NCBI RefSeq assembly: GCF_963921235.1
Contig: NC_086107.1
Span: forward strand, 110,424,001-110,488,000
Length of the DNA: 64,000 nucleotides
Origin: Mobula hypostoma
Taxonomy: Eukaryota
Direction: 5' to 3'
Under the pieces are notes generated by a model. The model had not been told where the DNA came from, ran no database searches, and saw only the letters and a program-made list of their open reading frames with translations. This document shows, piece after piece, positions 60,205 to 64,000 of the stretch (positions within the stretch are counted from its first letter, which is position 1; each line of letters begins with the position of its first letter). A program made the position numbers and the translations under genes.

Positions 60205-60605
60205 AGTCTTGACCACTGCCCCGCTGGCGTTTAGGGCAGCAATGAAGGTCCTCCATCTCTGGTGGTGTTCAGAACTTCCTTCATCGTGTCAGCTTCCTCT
60301 CGGTTTTCACTACTGTCAGCCGCGCAAGTCACACGTGGAGAATCAGGAATACTGTCGCACTCAGATTGCTGTTTCCATAATGATTTTGTTTTACCAGTCA
60401 GAGTTGTTAGCCCTGAGCTGAACCCCCGAACCTGCAGGACCGGTGGACCACTCTCAGTCTGGCCTCCGCCCTTTGACCTGTTTGGCATGGGTGGACCCTA
60501 CCAAAAGTAAAAACATTAACCCCTAAGTCCAGCCAACGTAGCTCTCAGGGTCATTGAGGCACACAAGCCTCCAAACCACGAGAAGGTTGTGGTCCTCTTG
60601 GAGGA
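60205..60605 (-). mobile_element. Non-autonomous bipartite RTE-like element
   Basis: 5' part resembles the 22007 family head; 3' end gaccttcattgctgccctaaacgcca matches the RTE tail at 63712-63737. Confidence 0.72.
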
Positions 60606-60634
60606 GGCATCATGGAAGCTTACTGATAGATGCT

Positions 60635-61000
60635 CATAATCGTCATCACCATCGTCATGTGCCGAGTCGATGATGTGGGCGATCATGGTTGTTCTGGGCA
60701 AATGTTTCTACAGAAATGGTTTGCCTTCTTCTGGGCAGTCTCTTTAAAGGACGGGTGACCCCAGCCATTAACGATACTCTTCAGAGATTGTCTGCCTGAC
60801 GTCGGTGGTCGTATAACTGGGACATGTGATATGTACCGGCTGCTCGTACGACCGTCCACCACCTGCTCCCATGCCTTCACGTGACACTGACTGGGGGCAA
60901 AGCAGGTGCTACGCCTTGTCCAAGGGGGACCTGCAGGCCAGCAGAGGGAAGGAATGCCTTACACCTCCCTTGGTAAAGACTTATCTCCAGCCGCCACCCA
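60635..61000 (-). mobile_element. RTE-related SINE-like element with (GAT)n tail
   Basis: gaaggcaaaccatttctgtagaaa, a BovA/RTE-like block, and a GAT-rich tail. Confidence 0.6.
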
Positions 61001-61789
61001 AGTTCATAATAAACCACCTGAAAAATAATCGGATATGCGTTTATTGTGGTCCTTACCTGCGGGTCCCTTTTGAACAGAGATGAGGAGAAATTTCTTTCGC
61101 CAGAAGGAGGTGAACTTGTGGGACCCGTTGCCATGGACGGCTGTGGAGGCCAAGTCACTGTGTGTGCTTAAACTGGAGATCAATCGGTTCTTGTTTAGTC
61201 AGGGCATCGAATGTTCTGGGGGGAAGGCAGGAGAATGGGGGCTGAGAGGGATAATAAATCGGCCATGATGGAATGGTGTAGCAGATTCAATGGGCCTAAT
61301 TTGGCTCCTATGTCTGATGACCTTATGATCTATTTATAAAAATGGAGCAGGGGGCTATTTAACAGTGGTCACGGGGAGGCGGTGTCTGAGCCTGTGGAGG
61401 ATTATTAGGCTCATTATTTTGCAGCTGTGTCTAAGTCACTGAAAGCAGTGAGCTGAGAGAAGTGAATTACAGAGAGCCAGATGAAATCCTGTATCCCTGG
61501 GGAAGGCTAAATGATCCTGGGGCAAGAGTACATTGTGGTATGTGACCATGTCAGTCATGACAGCCTGCTCACCGAGACCTCCATCGGATGGACATCAGAA
61601 TTACTGGGTGATGGAGGACCCGGGTCGATCTAGTTGACCTTCTCCTTTCTGATGACTGCATGATACAATTATAATGGAGTTATTGACTAATTGTAGCAAT
61701 CAATCCCTATGAATTAATCCTCAATCTCCCAGACAGGATACAGGAAATCCCTGGTGGTGGAGAGCTGTGGGAGCCATTGGTTTAAAGAA

Positions 61790-62355
61790 ATAGAAGGAGA
61801 ATTGGGCCATTCGGCCCATCGAGTCTGCTCTGCCATTCCATCATGGTTGATTTACTATCCTTCTCAATCCCATTCTCCCGCCTTCTCCTTATAACTTTTG
61901 ACACCCTTACTAATCGAGGACCTATCAACCTCTGCTTTAAGTACACCCAATGACTTGCCCTCCACAGCTAAATGGGGCAATGAATTCCACAGATTCACCA
62001 CCCTCCGGTAAAAGAAATTCCTCCTCATCTCTGTTCTAAATGGATGTCCTTCTATTCTGAGGCTGTGCCCTTGAGTCCTAGACTCCCCCACTCCCCATCC
62101 TCTGCACATCCACTCTACCTAGGACTTTCAAGATTTGATAGGTTTCAATGAGACCACCCCCACCCCATTCTTCTCGACTCCTGTGAGTACAGGCACAGAG
62201 CCATCAAACGCTCCTCACACATTAACCCTTTCATTCCCAGGATCATTCTCATGTTCAACGCCAGCCACATCCTTTCTTAGGTAAGGGGCCCAAAACTGCT
62301 CTCAATGCTCCAAGTGTGGTCTGACCATTGCCTTATCAAGCCTCAACATTGCATC
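61790..62355 (-). mobile_element. CR1 3' fragment
   Basis: GHSLRIEGHPFRTEMRRNFFYRRVVNLWNSLP. Confidence 0.86.
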
Positions 62356-62584
62356 CTTACGCTTCCTTTAATTATGTAATGTTCACCTCGTCACAAGTTA
62401 CTCGGCAAGTGAAGAAGCTATTTCCCGTGAGAAATTTGTTCAATTAGCACCTGATGGAGTCGGTATGTGTAATCTGTTCATGAACTTCACCTTGTGTTTT
62501 AGAGATTTATAACTTCCGATGCTTTTGCTTGTGAGAGAACATCTGAATTAAGCTGATCTCAGGGGTGGGTTCAGCCGGTCACCT

Positions 62585-63150
62585 AGAACTTTGACGAACT
62601 TCTATAGATACACAGTGGAGAGTACCTGAACTGGTTGCACCTTGGTCTGGTATGGAAACACCAATGCCCAGGAGCAGAAGAGACGTGGATACAGCCTGGT
62701 CCACCACAAGCAAAGCTCTCTATAAGGAGTACTGCAACAAGAAAGCAGCCTCCATCATCAAGGACCCCCACCATCCAAGACGTTCTCTCTTCTCACTGCC
62801 ACCATCGGGCAGGAGGTACAGGAGCCTTAGGGCACACACTACCAAGTTCAGGAACAGTTAGTACCCTTCAACCATTAGGCCTCAGAACTAGCATGGATAA
62901 TTTCACTCACCTCAACTTGGAACTGATTCCACAACCTACAGACTCACTTCCAGGGACTTGACAATTCACGTTCTCAACATTATTTTATTGACACGAGTCT
63001 TTTTTCACACATTGATTGTTTGTCAGTCATTGTTTATGTACAGTGCTTCATAAATTCTATTGTATTTCTTTATTTTCCTGCAACTGTGCGCAAGAAAATG
63101 AACCTCAAGGTAGTATATGTTGACATTGCTAACCAATTTACTTTTGACTT
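62585..63150 (+). mobile_element. Decayed Rex1/Babar-type LINE 3' part
   Basis: KKAASIIKDPHHP...PPSGRRYRSLRAHTTKFRNS. Confidence 0.8.
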
Positions 63151-63504
63151 TCAGATCAGAGAGATTATATACCACTATGTTTTGACAGTCAGATTAGTGG
63201 CACCATAACACTAAACTGGCTCAGAAAGTGGCCTCAGGACCACCTGCCTGATATTCAGAAACAATTTATAAATCAACAAGAGCTAATAAAAGTTAAACTT
63301 TTGTTAACAGCACTTACGCATTTCAAAATAATAAAAATTAAAACACTTACTATAAAAGTTAACAGCAGCTTAGGGTCTGTGAAAGGACCATCCCAACTGC
63401 GTCTGAGACAAATCTTCAGAAGAGCTAGCTCACTTATTTATTTCATTGAGATATGGTGCTTTCAGCTCTTCAAGCCATGCTGCCCAGCTGATTTAACCCT
63501 GTCT

Positions 63505-63765
63505 ACAATCGTCACGAGGGAACGTCGGAGATGGATTGGGCACGTGATGAGAAGAGAGGCCAACTCCACCATCAAGTTAACATTTCACTGGACCTCTGAA
63601 GGGCGGAGGAAACGCGGGAGACCAAATACAACTTGACGCCATACGGTAGAGGCAGAAATGAGGACCTGGAACCACAGTAGAGAAGACGGCCAAGGACAGA
63701 CAGAAATGGAAGACCATCATTGCTGCCCTAAGTGCCAACGGCGTATGGGTAGTAACTAACTAACT
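63505..63765 (+). mobile_element. RTE-clade LINE 3' end inserted in a tRNA SINE
   Basis: RRRWIGHVMRR...HWTSEGRRKRGRP...AKDRQKW; (TAAC)n tail. Confidence 0.85.
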
Positions 63766-64000
63766 AATCACGGGTCAATTTACAATGACATATTAACGTA
63801 CTTACCAGTACACTTCTGGACAATGGGAAAAACTAGAGGAAAGCCACACATTCGACGGGGAGTACATCTCCTTACAGCCATCGGAACTGAACTCCAAACA
63901 CCGATCCTCTGAGCTGTAATAGCATTGCGCTAACCGCTATGCTACCATGGCGACCACTGATCCTGAGACCCTGCCCCTTTTTTATGTCTTCATTTTCCAG

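Noticed and set aside
60755..60850. HDV-like arrangement on the minus strand of the 60635-61000 element
   Set aside because: P2- and P4-like stems are present, but there is no catalytic C in the J4/2 position and no convincing P1.

Overview
This is a repeat-dense, apparently intergenic or intronic vertebrate window. The repeat content (CR1, Rex1/Babar-type, RTE, HERO and Penelope retroelements, tRNA-headed and Deu-domain SINEs, Tc1 and Chapaev3 DNA transposons, solo LTRs) points to a cartilaginous fish; that is an inference, not a database result. I found no recognisable host protein-coding gene, rRNA, bona fide tRNA gene or CRISPR array. Nearly all long ORFs are transposon-derived, antisense shadows of transposons, or microsatellite artefacts. 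The largest coding pieces are two near-identical young CR1 copies in inverted orientation (1-1734 minus, 29007-30985 plus). The most interesting signals are: (1) a TSD-bounded non-autonomous retroelement at 6167-6726 whose first nucleotide begins an HDV-like ribozyme fold with an unusual hairpin-expanded L3, partly supported by a second copy; (2) Penelope pseudo-LTRs carrying minimal hammerhead motifs, including a perfect 71-bp inverted pair; (3) a ~660-bp non-tRNA SINE-like family with a 5' YY1 motif and a 3' stem-loop; (4) a candidate two-exon 92-aa small ORF in unique sequence at 9536-9949 (minus). All family names come from motif recognition by eye, and repeat boundaries are approximate unless a TSD is quoted.
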